From: Candidatus Poribacteria bacterium
GTDB taxonomy: Bacteria > Poribacteria > WGA-4E > WGA-3G
Assembly (NCBI GenBank): GCA_963664215.1
Contig: OY761015.1
Direction: 5' to 3' (one strand)
Length of the DNA stretch: 64,000 nt
Shown: positions 9,761 to 19,266 of the stretch, one piece after another
How the letters are laid out: each line of letters begins with the position of its first letter
Numbering within the stretch: the first letter of the stretch is position 1
Made by a program: the position numbers and the translations under genes
The notes under the pieces: model-generated
Seen by the model: the letters and a program-made list of their open reading frames with translations, nothing else
The model's database searches: none
What the model was told of the DNA's origin: nothing

Positions 9761-9796
9761 TACCGACCTGACCGAACCGCAAGGTATAATTAAAAA
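9761..9796 (+). promoter_or_regulatory. Conserved upstream motif ACCGAC..CCGCAAGGTATAATTAAAA containing a TATAAT -10-like element; candidate promoter of the MoxR gene.
   Basis: Near-identical motif also at 10921-10940 (upstream of DUF58) and 48635-48660 (upstream or inside the 5' end of the GT4 gene). Confidence 0.45.
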
Positions 9797-9816
9797 ACGG
9801 CAAGGAAAATTAAAAC

Positions 9817-10770
9817 ATGACGAATCTGGTTCAAACGGTTTTTGAAAAAATGAAGCAAGAGGCACAAAAGGTTATTGTTGGGCAAACAGAACTTTTTGAA
9901 CTTATCGTCGTCAGTCTGTTTTCAGGGGGGCATGTCCTGTTAGAAGGGGTGCCCGGTACAGCGAAAACACTCGTGGCGAAGACCTTAGCAATGATAGTCT
10001 CCGGACAATTCAGTCGTGTGCAGTTTACCCCTGACCTGATGCCGTCAGACATTGTCGGCACCAGCGTCTACGATTTGACGACAAACCAATTTAACCTCAA
10101 GCGTGGTCCCGTTTTCACAAATGTCCTCCTCGCTGATGAGATTAACCGCGCCCCTGCGAAGACGCAATCGGCACTCTTAGAGTGTATGGAGGAACGGCAG
10201 GTCAGTATTGACGGCATCCGCCATGAACTCCCACCGCCATTTATGGTATTAGCAACGCAAAATCCTATCGAATACGAAGGCACCTATCCGCTTCCCGAAG
10301 CGCAACTTGACCGGTTTCTGTTCAAATTACGCGTAGATTACCCCGATCCAGAAGTGGAAACAGAGATTTTGATGAACTATCATCACGGGTTTAATGCCAC
10401 GCGTTTGGAAGCAGTGGGCGTCGAAAGCGTCGTTGACAGCGCGGCACTTCAGGCGTGTCAGGAGGCGATCCAAGCGGTTACAGTGGAGGATTCGATCTTC
10501 AAGTATATCGTCGGTTTGGCGGAGGCATCGCGTGCGTCCAATGAGTTAGTATTGGGCGGAAGTCCACGCGCCTCGATCGCGCTTTTATTAGCGAGCAAAA
10601 CCTACGCCGCACTTCAAGGACGGGATTATATCCTGCCCGACGATGTCAAATTCTTGGCACCCCCTGTCTATCGACATCGGATTCTCCTGAAACCGGATGC
10701 TGAGATTGAGGGGCTAACCCCAGACGACGTGATGGGTCGGTTGCTCGCCGAAGCGGAAATTCCGCGTTAG
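9817..10770 (+). CDS. MoxR-family AAA+ ATPase.
   Basis: Walker A '[11 protein letters not shown]', Walker B '[10 protein letters not shown]', sensor region. Typical 317-aa MoxR length. Confidence 0.9.
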   Translation: MTNLVQTVFEKMKQEAQKVIVGQTELFELIVVSLFSGGHVLLEGVPGTAKTLVAKTLAMIVSGQFSRVQFTPDLMPSDIVGTSVYDLTTNQFNLKRGPVFTNVLLADEINRAPAKTQSALLECMEERQVSIDGIRHELPPPFMVLATQNPIEYEGTYPLPEAQLDRFLFKLRVDYPDPEVETEILMNYHHGFNATRLEAVGVESVVDSAALQACQEAIQAVTVEDSIFKYIVGLAEASRASNELVLGGSPRASIALLLASKTYAALQGRDYILPDDVKFLAPPVYRHRILLKPDAEIEGLTPDDVMGRLLAEAEIPR

Positions 10771-10920
10771 ATAGAGAAGCCGTTATTGTGCCCAGCGACT
10801 CTCTTGAAAAAATTAAAAACGCGAAAACCAAGCCTGCAACAATACGCAGAAACACCCAAGCAAAAACACGCAGGCGACTCGTAGGAGCGGCACGTCGAAT
10901 CTGAAACCTGCGTAATTTAT

Positions 10921-10940
10921 CCGCAAGGAATAATTAAAGA
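10921..10940 (+). promoter_or_regulatory. Second copy of the CCGCAAGGwATAATTAAAr motif, directly abutting the DUF58 start codon.
   Basis: Sequence 'ccgcaaggaataattaaaga' followed by ATG. Confidence 0.4.
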
Positions 10941-12296
10941 ATGCAGTTAAGCAATCGGCTCCTCATCTTCTTACTGCCAGTAGCCATCCCGATTATACTG
11001 AGCGGCGTTTCACCGAACCTACTCTTTATCGGTGGAGCCTATGTGGTGATGCTTTTCGTCGTCAGCACCGTGGATTACCGGACCAATCCCCTCTTTAAAG
11101 GCGTCGAAGTTCACCGCGAGATGAATTCCAAGTTTTCGTTGGGAGTAGAGAACGTCGTGACGCTGAAAGTCATCAATCGCTCGCGCTACCAACTCAAGAT
11201 GCGTCTCAAAGACGATTTCCCTGACGAATTTCTGTTCGATCGGGTTGTCCACGATTGCTATGTTTCCCCGATGGATCAGACAGATATATCGTATCGTCTC
11301 ACACCATTGCGACGCGGAATTTATCGGTTTGTGGATATACATCTGCGGTGCCAGGGGATCTTGGGACTTGTGGTCCGGCAACGGCGGGTGCCAGCGGAGA
11401 CCGAAATAAAAGTCTATCCGAACCTACAAGCCGTTCGACAATATGAACTCTTGGTGAAGCGTGGGATGCTCCATCAGATCGGGCTTAAGAATTCACGACG
11501 ATTCGGGGAAGGCACGGAAATGGAACGACTGCGTGAGTATTTCCCTGACGACGATTTCCGCCGTATTGATTGGAATGCCACTGCGCGACAACGGAAACCG
11601 ATTGTTCGGGAATTTGAGACCGAACGGAGCCAAGATGTCGTCATTATGCTGGATACCGGGAGACTCATGGCATCCCCGATCCTTTTAGATGCGACGAAAC
11701 TCCCTTCAGCAGAGACTACATCGCAGAAGACGATGCTTAAATTGGATTATGCCATTAATACAACCTTGATGACGGCGTATGTCTCGACACTCAAGGGGGA
11801 TAAGGTTGGGTTGATCGCCTTTGCGGATACCGTTCATCAATACCTTGCACCGAAACCCGGCAAAAAGCAGTTTCTCACGATGCTGGAAACGATCTATGCA
11901 CTTCCTACTCACTCGGTGGAACCGGATTTTGAAGCGGCATTTAAGTATCTCGCTTCAAAGCAACGTAAACGTGCGCTCATCATCCTGTTTACGGACATCT
12001 TGGATAGCGATTCTGCTGAAGGGATCGCCGCCTATGTATCGCAACTCTCTAAACATCACCTCGTTGCTTGTGTGACCTTGTCAGACGCCGGTATCGTTGA
12101 GTTGACGGAACAAAAATCTACGGATTCCAAGTCGGTTTACCAGAAGGTGATCGCTGAACGGTTGTTGCAGGAAAAACATGCGACATTAGAGATTCTGCGT
12201 CGCCAAGGGGTCATCACGATTGATGTTCCTGCGCATCAGTTGACAATGGCGGTGGTGAATAAGTATTTGGAGCTTAAGGCAAAGTCTCAGATTTGA
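10941..12296 (+). CDS. DUF58 protein (vWA-like, MoxR partner) with two N-terminal TM helices.
   Basis: Immediately downstream of MoxR. 'VVIMLDTGRLM' vWA/DUF58-like core. N-terminal hydrophobic hairpin. Confidence 0.75.
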   Translation: MQLSNRLLIFLLPVAIPIILSGVSPNLLFIGGAYVVMLFVVSTVDYRTNPLFKGVEVHREMNSKFSLGVENVVTLKVINRSRYQLKMRLKDDFPDEFLFDRVVHDCYVSPMDQTDISYRLTPLRRGIYRFVDIHLRCQGILGLVVRQRRVPAETEIKVYPNLQAVRQYELLVKRGMLHQIGLKNSRRFGEGTEMERLREYFPDDDFRRIDWNATARQRKPIVREFETERSQDVVIMLDTGRLMASPILLDATKLPSAETTSQKTMLKLDYAINTTLMTAYVSTLKGDKVGLIAFADTVHQYLAPKPGKKQFLTMLETIYALPTHSVEPDFEAAFKYLASKQRKRALIILFTDILDSDSAEGIAAYVSQLSKHHLVACVTLSDAGIVELTEQKSTDSKSVYQKVIAERLLQEKHATLEILRRQGVITIDVPAHQLTMAVVNKYLELKAKSQI

Positions 12297-13230
12297 GGGG
12301 TTTTGCTGCAAAGAGGTAGGTGAACAGTAGGATGCCTGTCAGAGCACCGAACCCGATTTTGACGGTGGGAAGTAGACTGGAAGGCGACACGAAACCTTCA
12401 ATAATCCCCGCAACGACGAGCAGAGCAACGCATCCACCGAGCAGTTGAATGGCGGTTCTCGCCGCGTCAGTCAGAGTCCGTTTCCGCGTAAAAAGCGATG
12501 GGGCAATGAGTGCGTATCCTAATTTCAACCCAGCACCGCCCGCAATAAAAATCGTTGTGAGTTCGATGTAGCCGTGTGGCGATACAAACGACCAGAGGGC
12601 GAGCGCAACTCCGTTGGCATGGCACAGACCCGCGATTGCCCCGATGATAATACCGTTGATAGCTAAAATGTAGACACTGCCGACCATGAATATGATGCCG
12701 CCAGCGAAGGCGAAAAACGCGACCCGAATGTTGTTCGTCATCACGAAAGAGGCGAATAGGTTCCGATTTTCTGCTGCAGTATTGTTCCACGCACCGTCCT
12801 CTAATTTTTTGATGTGAGAGACGAAGCGTTCAGGGACAATTTGCTCCGCACGTTCGGGTGTGCTCAAGGCGATCCAATAGGCTGCCGCAAATGAGAGGAC
12901 GAACATCAAAAACGCTGCGCCGATGAAGTTAAGGTTCTCTCGAAATACTTTCGGGAAACCGAAGAGGAGAAACTGACGAAGGGTGCCACGTTTGAAAGGC
13001 GAGGTCTGGTAGACGGCGGCGTGTGCGCGTGAAGCGAGTGCGTTGAGGTATGAGACGCACGGATCTTGTGGGAAATCGCGTCGGGCGACCGCTAAATCGG
13101 ATGTGACGCGCCGGTATAGATACCCGAGCCGATTGAGTTGACCCGCACTCGCACCGCGTGAATGCGCTAACAATGCCTCGAGTTCATCCCATATCTTCTG
13201 TTTTTTCGCAATAAATTCTGTAGCCGTCAT
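12274..13230 (-). CDS. Stage II sporulation protein M-like (DUF95) membrane protein.
   Basis: N-terminus 'FIAKKQKIWDELEALLAH...LNRLGYLYRRVTSDLAVARRDFP' typical of DUF95. Multiple TM helices. Conserved neighbour of the RDD/MoxR cluster. Confidence 0.6.
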   Translation of the reverse strand: MTATEFIAKKQKIWDELEALLAHSRGASAGQLNRLGYLYRRVTSDLAVARRDFPQDPCVSYLNALASRAHAAVYQTSPFKRGTLRQFLLFGFPKVFRENLNFIGAAFLMFVLSFAAAYWIALSTPERAEQIVPERFVSHIKKLEDGAWNNTAAENRNLFASFVMTNNIRVAFFAFAGGIIFMVGSVYILAINGIIIGAIAGLCHANGVALALWSFVSPHGYIELTTIFIAGGAGLKLGYALIAPSLFTRKRTLTDAARTAIQLLGGCVALLVVAGIIEGFVSPSSLLPTVKIGFGALTGILLFTYLFAAKPLKSETLP

Positions 13231-13462
13231 ATTTTTTGTGGTTGTCCTTTTAACCAGTAACTGATAACCCTAATTAAACACCGATTCCTATCGAAAATCA
13301 ACCTATTTTGCACCTACCCTCTTGAAAACCGTCCATCTCCCCAGTCGCGTTGGAATTCACCAAACACCATCGTGGAACGTAGTGGAACGATGAGCAGAGG
13401 CACATAGTTAGAAAAATTGAAAATCAACCTATTTTACGAAGAAAGGTCCCTCACTTCTACCA

Positions 13463-14272
13463 ATGAACGAACACGTATCCGTGGAAACACCTGAACAGAT
13501 TGATATAAAGTTCCAGCAGGCAGGCATCGGCTCTCGTTTCTATGCGGCACTCATTGATACCGTGTTGCTCGCCCTGATTTCACTTGTCGGGTATTACGTC
13601 AACAGGCGGTTTATCTCCGAACTCGGAGACATTGGCGGCAATTGGCTCGGTGCGTTAGGTGGGATCCTTGTCTTCGCGATCTTCTGGGGTTACTATATAG
13701 TGTTCGAGGTTACCACAAATGGTCAATCCATTGGGAAACGTGTGCTCGGTTTGCGTGTTATCAAAGAGGGCGGTTATCCCATCGGTTTCGCCGATGCTGC
13801 GATCCGGAATCTGGTGCGGATTGTCGATTTTCTCCCCTTCTTTTATGGCGTCGGTTTGATTTGTATGCTGATAAACAGAAATTGGCAGCGATTAGGGGAC
13901 CTCGCAGCGGGAACACTTGTGATTAAAACGGCACGGACGGAATTAAAACTTACCGGTGCTGGTTCACACGCCGATGACGCATCTATCAGCATTCCACCCC
14001 GAGAGTTTGTCTATACTGCGTGGATACAGCCAGCAGTAGTGACAGAGACAGAGATGCGGGTGATACGTGAATATCTTGCGCGTCGGGGGACGCTTCTCGG
14101 GATCCGTCGATTGGAACTCGCACGCGTCATTGCCAGTCCTATCGTTGAAAAGATGGGCGGTACTGGCTGGATTGGCTACGATAGATTTTTGGAGGAGGTC
14201 TACATGCTGAAGACCTCAGAAACGACTGAAGACAGAACGGAAAATAGAGATGGATCCGTCGAAGCCGAATAG
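13463..14272 (+). CDS. RDD-family membrane protein.
   Basis: 'RFYAALIDTVLLALISL' RDD-domain start. Three TM segments. C-terminal soluble extension. Confidence 0.7.
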   Translation: MNEHVSVETPEQIDIKFQQAGIGSRFYAALIDTVLLALISLVGYYVNRRFISELGDIGGNWLGALGGILVFAIFWGYYIVFEVTTNGQSIGKRVLGLRVIKEGGYPIGFADAAIRNLVRIVDFLPFFYGVGLICMLINRNWQRLGDLAAGTLVIKTARTELKLTGAGSHADDASISIPPREFVYTAWIQPAVVTETEMRVIREYLARRGTLLGIRRLELARVIASPIVEKMGGTGWIGYDRFLEEVYMLKTSETTEDRTENRDGSVEAE

Positions 14273-14452
14273 AAAATGACAGATATAGCGGAGAACACAA
14301 ACACCACGGATATGTCCCACGACAGTTGGGACTTATCTTAACGATATTTAGGTGCTATCGGGAAAACTTCGCACTCTTTTGGGTATCATGATGCCTGTTA
14401 TTATCTTCAGTTTCCTGTTCAATATTGGTGAGAATTTCTCCGTTTTATCTTC

Positions 14453-14545
14453 AACCCCGTAGGGGTGACATCTTTGTAGAACGCGTATGGATCCCATCAG
14501 AGAACCCCGTAGGGGTGACATCTACAACTTTTGACAAAATATGAA
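14453..14545. repeat. REP-like family B: two tandem copies of AACCCCGTAGGGGTGACATCT, palindrome core CCCCGTAGGGG, plus a conserved tail TTGACAAAATAT.
   Basis: Seen directly. The same composite element, with three copies, lies at 23499-23625. Confidence 0.8.
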
Positions 14546-14680
14546 TACACCCCATGGTAGTTAAAATTTGCCTAAATATAGAAAACCTGCTAAAATAGGG
14601 GCGTTACCTAAAGAATACTGCATTCTGCAGAAACCGTCTGAATGTTCAGAGTAAGTTACACTGTAACTGGAGGTAAACTT

Positions 14681-15481
14681 ATGAAGGTTTTAGCTATATT
14701 TCTTTTATCACTCGGTTGTGTTATTGTGTTCAGCACGATGAGCGAGGCTGTTCGAGAAGACGATATGGCACTCTACCTTTCCTTCGACGAAGTAAAAGGG
14801 GATACCGCCATAGATAAGTCGAAACATGGGAACGATGGTACCATTCACAAAGGAAAGATCGCCAAGGGCAAACACGGCGACTCGGTCGAATTGAGCGGCG
14901 AAGCCGGTGGTTGGATTGAAGTGCCGGATTCCGATTCTTTGGATATCACGGACGAAATCACTTTGATGTGTTGGCTGTATCCGACCGAATTCACGAATGA
15001 GTGGTTCCGTATTATTGTGAAGACCTGGGCAGGCGATACCGCCCCGTGGATGGTCTATGGGTTCTATGAGTTTGGCGGTAATAATGGAAAGACCGGTTTT
15101 ATTATCTCTGTGGATAAGGGGACAGAAAAGCGGATCGGTGATGGTACAACTTCGAACCTGCCCCCGAAGAAGTGGACGCATGTAACCGCCACCTACGATG
15201 GGAGCAAGATGGTACTTTACTATAATGGTGAAGTAGAAGTGGATGGGGATGCCAAGGGTAAAATTGATACCAACGATGTCCCTGTGTCGATTGGACGCAA
15301 CAGCGAAGGGAATCGCGAGCATTACATTGGACGCGTCGATGAGGTCGCTATCTGGAGCGTCGCGCTGGATCAAGGTGAAATCCAGGAGGCAATGGACCGG
15401 GTTTATGCTGTCGAGCCAGAAGGCAAGTTACCCACGAGATGGGGTGCGATAAAAGGCGAGTATTTTAGGGTGCATGAATAG
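14681..15481 (+). CDS. Secreted LamG-like (concanavalin A-like lectin/glucanase fold) protein.
   Basis: Signal peptide 'MKVLAIFLLSLGCVIVFS'. LamG-type motifs 'KWTHVTATYDGSKMVLYYNGE' and 'VDEVAIWSVAL'. Paralog of 53156-53938. Confidence 0.6.
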   Translation: MKVLAIFLLSLGCVIVFSTMSEAVREDDMALYLSFDEVKGDTAIDKSKHGNDGTIHKGKIAKGKHGDSVELSGEAGGWIEVPDSDSLDITDEITLMCWLYPTEFTNEWFRIIVKTWAGDTAPWMVYGFYEFGGNNGKTGFIISVDKGTEKRIGDGTTSNLPPKKWTHVTATYDGSKMVLYYNGEVEVDGDAKGKIDTNDVPVSIGRNSEGNREHYIGRVDEVAIWSVALDQGEIQEAMDRVYAVEPEGKLPTRWGAIKGEYFRVHE

Positions 15482-15539
15482 TTTATCCCGACGGGTACCC
15501 AATTGGCAGTAGACACCCGTCTCCATAAGAAAAAGAACC

Positions 15540-15578
15540 AAGGGTGGGCATCGCAAGTATGATGCCCATCTTTTTTTA
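15540..15578. terminator. Bidirectional rho-independent terminator between convergent genes.
   Basis: 'GGGCATCgcaagtatGATGCCC' hairpin followed by TTTTTTT on the + strand and flanked by an A-run/T-run for the - strand. Confidence 0.7.
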
Positions 15579-15579
15579 A

Positions 15580-17181
15580 TCACTGTCCGAGACGTTTGAG
15601 CATTTCGCGAGCATTTTGGTTCTGTGGATCCAAGCGTAACACCTCTCGGAACTCATGAATAGCAGGACCTTCCTCTCCCAACTTGTAGTATGCCGTTCCT
15701 AAAGCCCCGTGTGTTAGGACATTGTCCGGATTGCGTTGAAGCACTTTTTGGAAGCAAGAAATCGCTTCATCGTATTCCTGTTTCGACAGCAAAATTATGC
15801 CGAGATGGTGCAGCGCGTTTTCATCTGAAGGATCCAGTTCAAGGATAATCCGGTATCCGATTGCGGCTCTATCGTACATCCCTTTCTGCCAATAAATCTG
15901 GGTCAAATTTTGGTGAAACTCGATGTTTTTAGGTGCAATCTTAATCGCTTTTTGACAGTGGCGAATCGCGGCATCGAGGTCTCCAGTTCGCCAATATATG
16001 ACCCCAAGTCCACCGTAAGCATCGGCAAAATTCGGTTCGAGTTGGATCGCTGTCTGATAGGCGGCAATCGCTTCCCCGATGTTACCAGCTTGATAATAAG
16101 CGAGTCCTAAATTGGTGTGACATTGGAGTTTTAAATCAGCGATTTCCGTTGGGTTCCGGGTTGTGTTTTCCGTGTCCCGGATAACAGTCAATGTGTTCTC
16201 TAAAACCGCAACGGCTTCACTCGGCTGCTTGTTGAGCAGGTGCGCGATGCCGTAATTGAGCCAAAGGTGCGGATCCTGATTGAGCCCTGATATCGCTATC
16301 TCTAACTCGCTGACGGCGCGCGTGAAGTCCCCTTGTTGGAGGTATCGGTTCCCACGTTCGGCATAGCGTTGTGCTGTTACACCGAGTTTCAGCACATCCC
16401 ACCACAGCGGATCATGCATCGGTGTATATTTCGTCCGTTTCCGTGATGCTCGCGCATGCTTGGTGGCGGTATCCGTTTCTCCGAGGATTCTCGCAACTTG
16501 TGCCATGGCGGCGTGTGCTTCGCTCTGTTCTGGATTCAGTTTTAAAGCCCGTTGCAAATGGCTTTGCGCGACTTCAAACTGCTGGGTAGCAAGTGCGAGT
16601 TCACCGAGCCATAGAGACGCATACGGGTTCTGAGGATCCAATTCGTTAGCAGTTTCAAGATGAGTTTTCGCTTGCTCTAAATGCCCGAGGCTTCGGAGCG
16701 CGGCGGCACGATAAATATGGGCGGGCGCGTATTGCGGATTGAGTGTGATCGCTTCGGCAAGCACGTGGGCGGCGACTTCTGGATTAACTTTATAGGTCGT
16801 CAATCCGAGATAGTATAACCAGTGGAATTCGCTGGGCGCAATCTCGACGGCACCTTGATAACACTGCGCCGCTTCTACTTCCCAGCCGTGAACAAAATAG
16901 ACGCTGCCTAACTGTCCCCACGCCGTTGCGTCTTTGGGAGCGTCAATCAATGCTGTCTGTGCGGTTTTAACGGCGGCTAAGAGTCGCTGTTCTTCGACCT
17001 GCGCTATATCGCTCGGCTGTGGCATCCAACTCGGTGTGAAGACATCTCGCGCCTGACCTACCGATTCATCTGTTCCACGCATTGGTTGATGAGAATCGTC
17101 TGCCAGGATCGACTCCCCTACTTCGCTACACAGAAGCAGGCTGCCGCACACCAGAAGCAAGGCAGAATAGATTCCTTTCAT
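15580..17181 (-). CDS. Secreted tetratricopeptide (TPR) repeat protein.
   Basis: Signal peptide, then at least 10 TPR units (recurrent W-LG-Y, A-Y--A--L-P patterns). Confidence 0.85.
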   Translation of the reverse strand: MKGIYSALLLVCGSLLLCSEVGESILADDSHQPMRGTDESVGQARDVFTPSWMPQPSDIAQVEEQRLLAAVKTAQTALIDAPKDATAWGQLGSVYFVHGWEVEAAQCYQGAVEIAPSEFHWLYYLGLTTYKVNPEVAAHVLAEAITLNPQYAPAHIYRAAALRSLGHLEQAKTHLETANELDPQNPYASLWLGELALATQQFEVAQSHLQRALKLNPEQSEAHAAMAQVARILGETDTATKHARASRKRTKYTPMHDPLWWDVLKLGVTAQRYAERGNRYLQQGDFTRAVSELEIAISGLNQDPHLWLNYGIAHLLNKQPSEAVAVLENTLTVIRDTENTTRNPTEIADLKLQCHTNLGLAYYQAGNIGEAIAAYQTAIQLEPNFADAYGGLGVIYWRTGDLDAAIRHCQKAIKIAPKNIEFHQNLTQIYWQKGMYDRAAIGYRIILELDPSDENALHHLGIILLSKQEYDEAISCFQKVLQRNPDNVLTHGALGTAYYKLGEEGPAIHEFREVLRLDPQNQNAREMLKRLGQ

Positions 17182-17192
17182 TCGACGTTCCT

Positions 17193-17924
17193 TTATACAA
17201 CATACGGTTCAGGGTTGCGCTCAACCTCTGCCAGAAGTGTATCCACATACGTCTTAATGTGGAACAATCGACACATGGAATCTCCCACCTTCCCCTGTTT
17301 CAACTGACCGAGACGCTCCCAATAATTACCAAGTTCTGGGCGCTTCAATCCGATAAACTGTGCCTGTGTATCGTGAGCAAGACGTTTGTTCCAATGGATG
17401 ACTTCAACGAAATGGATGTAGGTCGAGGTCTGATAATCGACACCGATCATGAGGAGTTTGCCTTCCGACTTGTAGGCGCGGAACATCGGTGAATGCGTGC
17501 CGTAAGTCTTTCCCCACGGATGATGATCCCACGGGGATTCGTAGCCTTCGCGTCGGAGATGGTCGGACACGAACGCCTTTGCATCTTTCCCGCGGGCGGC
17601 AACGGCGTGCGAATAGTGGTCGGAGCGATAGGTGTCGGGCATCTGCCAAAAAAACTCCGTCAGCCAGCCCACCGTGGACGGCGTCTTGTTGACATGCCAT
17701 GCGGCGACACGTTCTTCCCGACTCGGTAAAAGGCTGAAGGTCGGCATCAGAATCAGTCCTTCCGCGCCGACTGTCGCTTCTAACGCCGAGATGACCGTGC
17801 CAGCACCACCTTCAACGGGTCCCAGACTCTTGAAGGAGGAGTGGATAAAGAGTGTATCCCCTTTTTCGATACCAAGATTGGTGAAGTCTTGGGTGAGTTT
17901 TTCGTGTGTGTAAGGTGTTTTCAT
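17193..17924 (-). CDS. Aminoglycoside N3-acetyltransferase AAC(3) family (Antibiotic_NAT fold) protein.
   Basis: N-terminus 'LTQDFTNLGIEKGDTLFIHSSFKSLGPVEGGAGTVISALEATVGAEGLILMPTFS' matches the AAC(3) family signature region. About 243 aa. Confidence 0.75.
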   Translation of the reverse strand: MKTPYTHEKLTQDFTNLGIEKGDTLFIHSSFKSLGPVEGGAGTVISALEATVGAEGLILMPTFSLLPSREERVAAWHVNKTPSTVGWLTEFFWQMPDTYRSDHYSHAVAARGKDAKAFVSDHLRREGYESPWDHHPWGKTYGTHSPMFRAYKSEGKLLMIGVDYQTSTYIHFVEVIHWNKRLAHDTQAQFIGLKRPELGNYWERLGQLKQGKVGDSMCRLFHIKTYVDTLLAEVERNPEPYVV

Positions 17925-18011
17925 TATTTCGTTTTAAAGAAGATTATTATATCGGTAGAACCGAGGATTTTATCGTGAATGATGGTTATCATACCCACAC
18001 ATTAATGCCTT

Positions 18012-18092
18012 AAAGCCCCAGCGGGGCGGCATTTGTGTAGTATATGTTAACCGAAAAAATCCAAGCCCCAGCGGGGCGGCATTTGTAAAGAC
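18012..18092. repeat. REP-like family A, two tandem copies: AAGCCCCAGCGGGGCGGCATTTGT.
   Basis: Seen directly; 50-bp period. Confidence 0.8.
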
Positions 18093-18094
18093 TG

Positions 18095-19261
18095 CTAAAC
18101 GGCATAATACGATTGCAACAACTCGACAATTCTGCCCGCGTCTACCCTTCGCATCCGCTTTGCGACTTGCAACGGTGTCAGTCCTTTCCGATTCCTAAGG
18201 TTCGGATCGGCACCTTTGACGAGCAATGCTTCCAGTGCCGCTCGCTGTTTTTCACCGTTCTTTATGGTCGATCGGATCGCTTCAAACAGTGGGGTCTCGC
18301 CGTCGTCGTCGGTAGCGTCAACAGTCGCACCGTTTTCGATGAGCAGGTTGATGACTTTCAGAAAACCCGCCTTCGCTGCGTAATGCAGCCCTGTTTTCCC
18401 CTTGTAATTCCGAACGTCGATATCGGCACCGAGTTCTAAGAGTCGTTGAATTTCCTCCGGATGTTCCCTATTGTCGCCGCGACATACGTAAACAAGCATG
18501 GGCCACCCCATGGCGCCTGGGTCGTTTATGTCCTTCGGTGGGGCACCATGGCTCTTGAGCAGCTTGCTCATTTCGGAATTGTCGTCTAAGATGCGCGGTG
18601 CTTTGCTCGGATCTGCTCCGTTTTCGAGTAACAACTCGGCGATCTCCACCCAATCATACGCGATAGCATAATCGAGGAAACGTTCGCTGTGCGGTTCGAT
18701 TGTCGTACCCCGTGCAATAAGCAGTTCGACGATTGCGGGGTTTCCGCCCACGATGGCATAACAGAGCGGTGTCGCCCATGCTGCTTCTCGGTGTTCAAAA
18801 GAATGCGGTTGCCCCGCGGGTAGCATTACCGCCTGAAGGTATCCACTATTGATGAGATCTGCGTCAGTGTCGAGATGTGAGCGGACGGTATCGTAATCTT
18901 TGAGATAGGCGGCGGTATGAATGTCGAGGGTCGCGCCGTGCTGGAGTAAATAATCTGCCACAAGGTCGCGCCCCTCATACCGTGCCACGCAGTACGGGGT
19001 TATCTCAATTCTGTGCTGGATGTGGTAGCACCCCGGCAGGTTTATATCGGCACCACGTTCAAGTAAAAATTGAACCATCTCCAGTCTGCCCTGATATGCC
19101 GCTTCCCACAGCATCGTCCGACCGTGCGAACCGACGGTATGAATCCACGCTGGATTGTCATCGACCAATTGTCGGACGGTTTCGATATCTCCGCGTCCTG
19201 TCGCGGTGACAACGATTTTCAGGAAATCGCTCTGGTTTCCAGTGAGTTGAACCTTTGGCAT
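18095..19261 (-). CDS. Ankyrin-repeat protein.
   Basis: Repeated 'G-TPLH-A---GH---V--LL--GA--N' units (at least 8 repeats). Confidence 0.85.
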   Translation of the reverse strand: MPKVQLTGNQSDFLKIVVTATGRGDIETVRQLVDDNPAWIHTVGSHGRTMLWEAAYQGRLEMVQFLLERGADINLPGCYHIQHRIEITPYCVARYEGRDLVADYLLQHGATLDIHTAAYLKDYDTVRSHLDTDADLINSGYLQAVMLPAGQPHSFEHREAAWATPLCYAIVGGNPAIVELLIARGTTIEPHSERFLDYAIAYDWVEIAELLLENGADPSKAPRILDDNSEMSKLLKSHGAPPKDINDPGAMGWPMLVYVCRGDNREHPEEIQRLLELGADIDVRNYKGKTGLHYAAKAGFLKVINLLIENGATVDATDDDGETPLFEAIRSTIKNGEKQRAALEALLVKGADPNLRNRKGLTPLQVAKRMRRVDAGRIVELLQSYYAV

Positions 19262-19266
19262 TAATT

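Noticed and set aside
12467-12790. 107-aa ORF within the SpoIIM-like gene.
   Set aside because: Same strand but alternate frame of a gene with clear family support. Composition is Arg/His/Cys-rich and atypical for a real protein.
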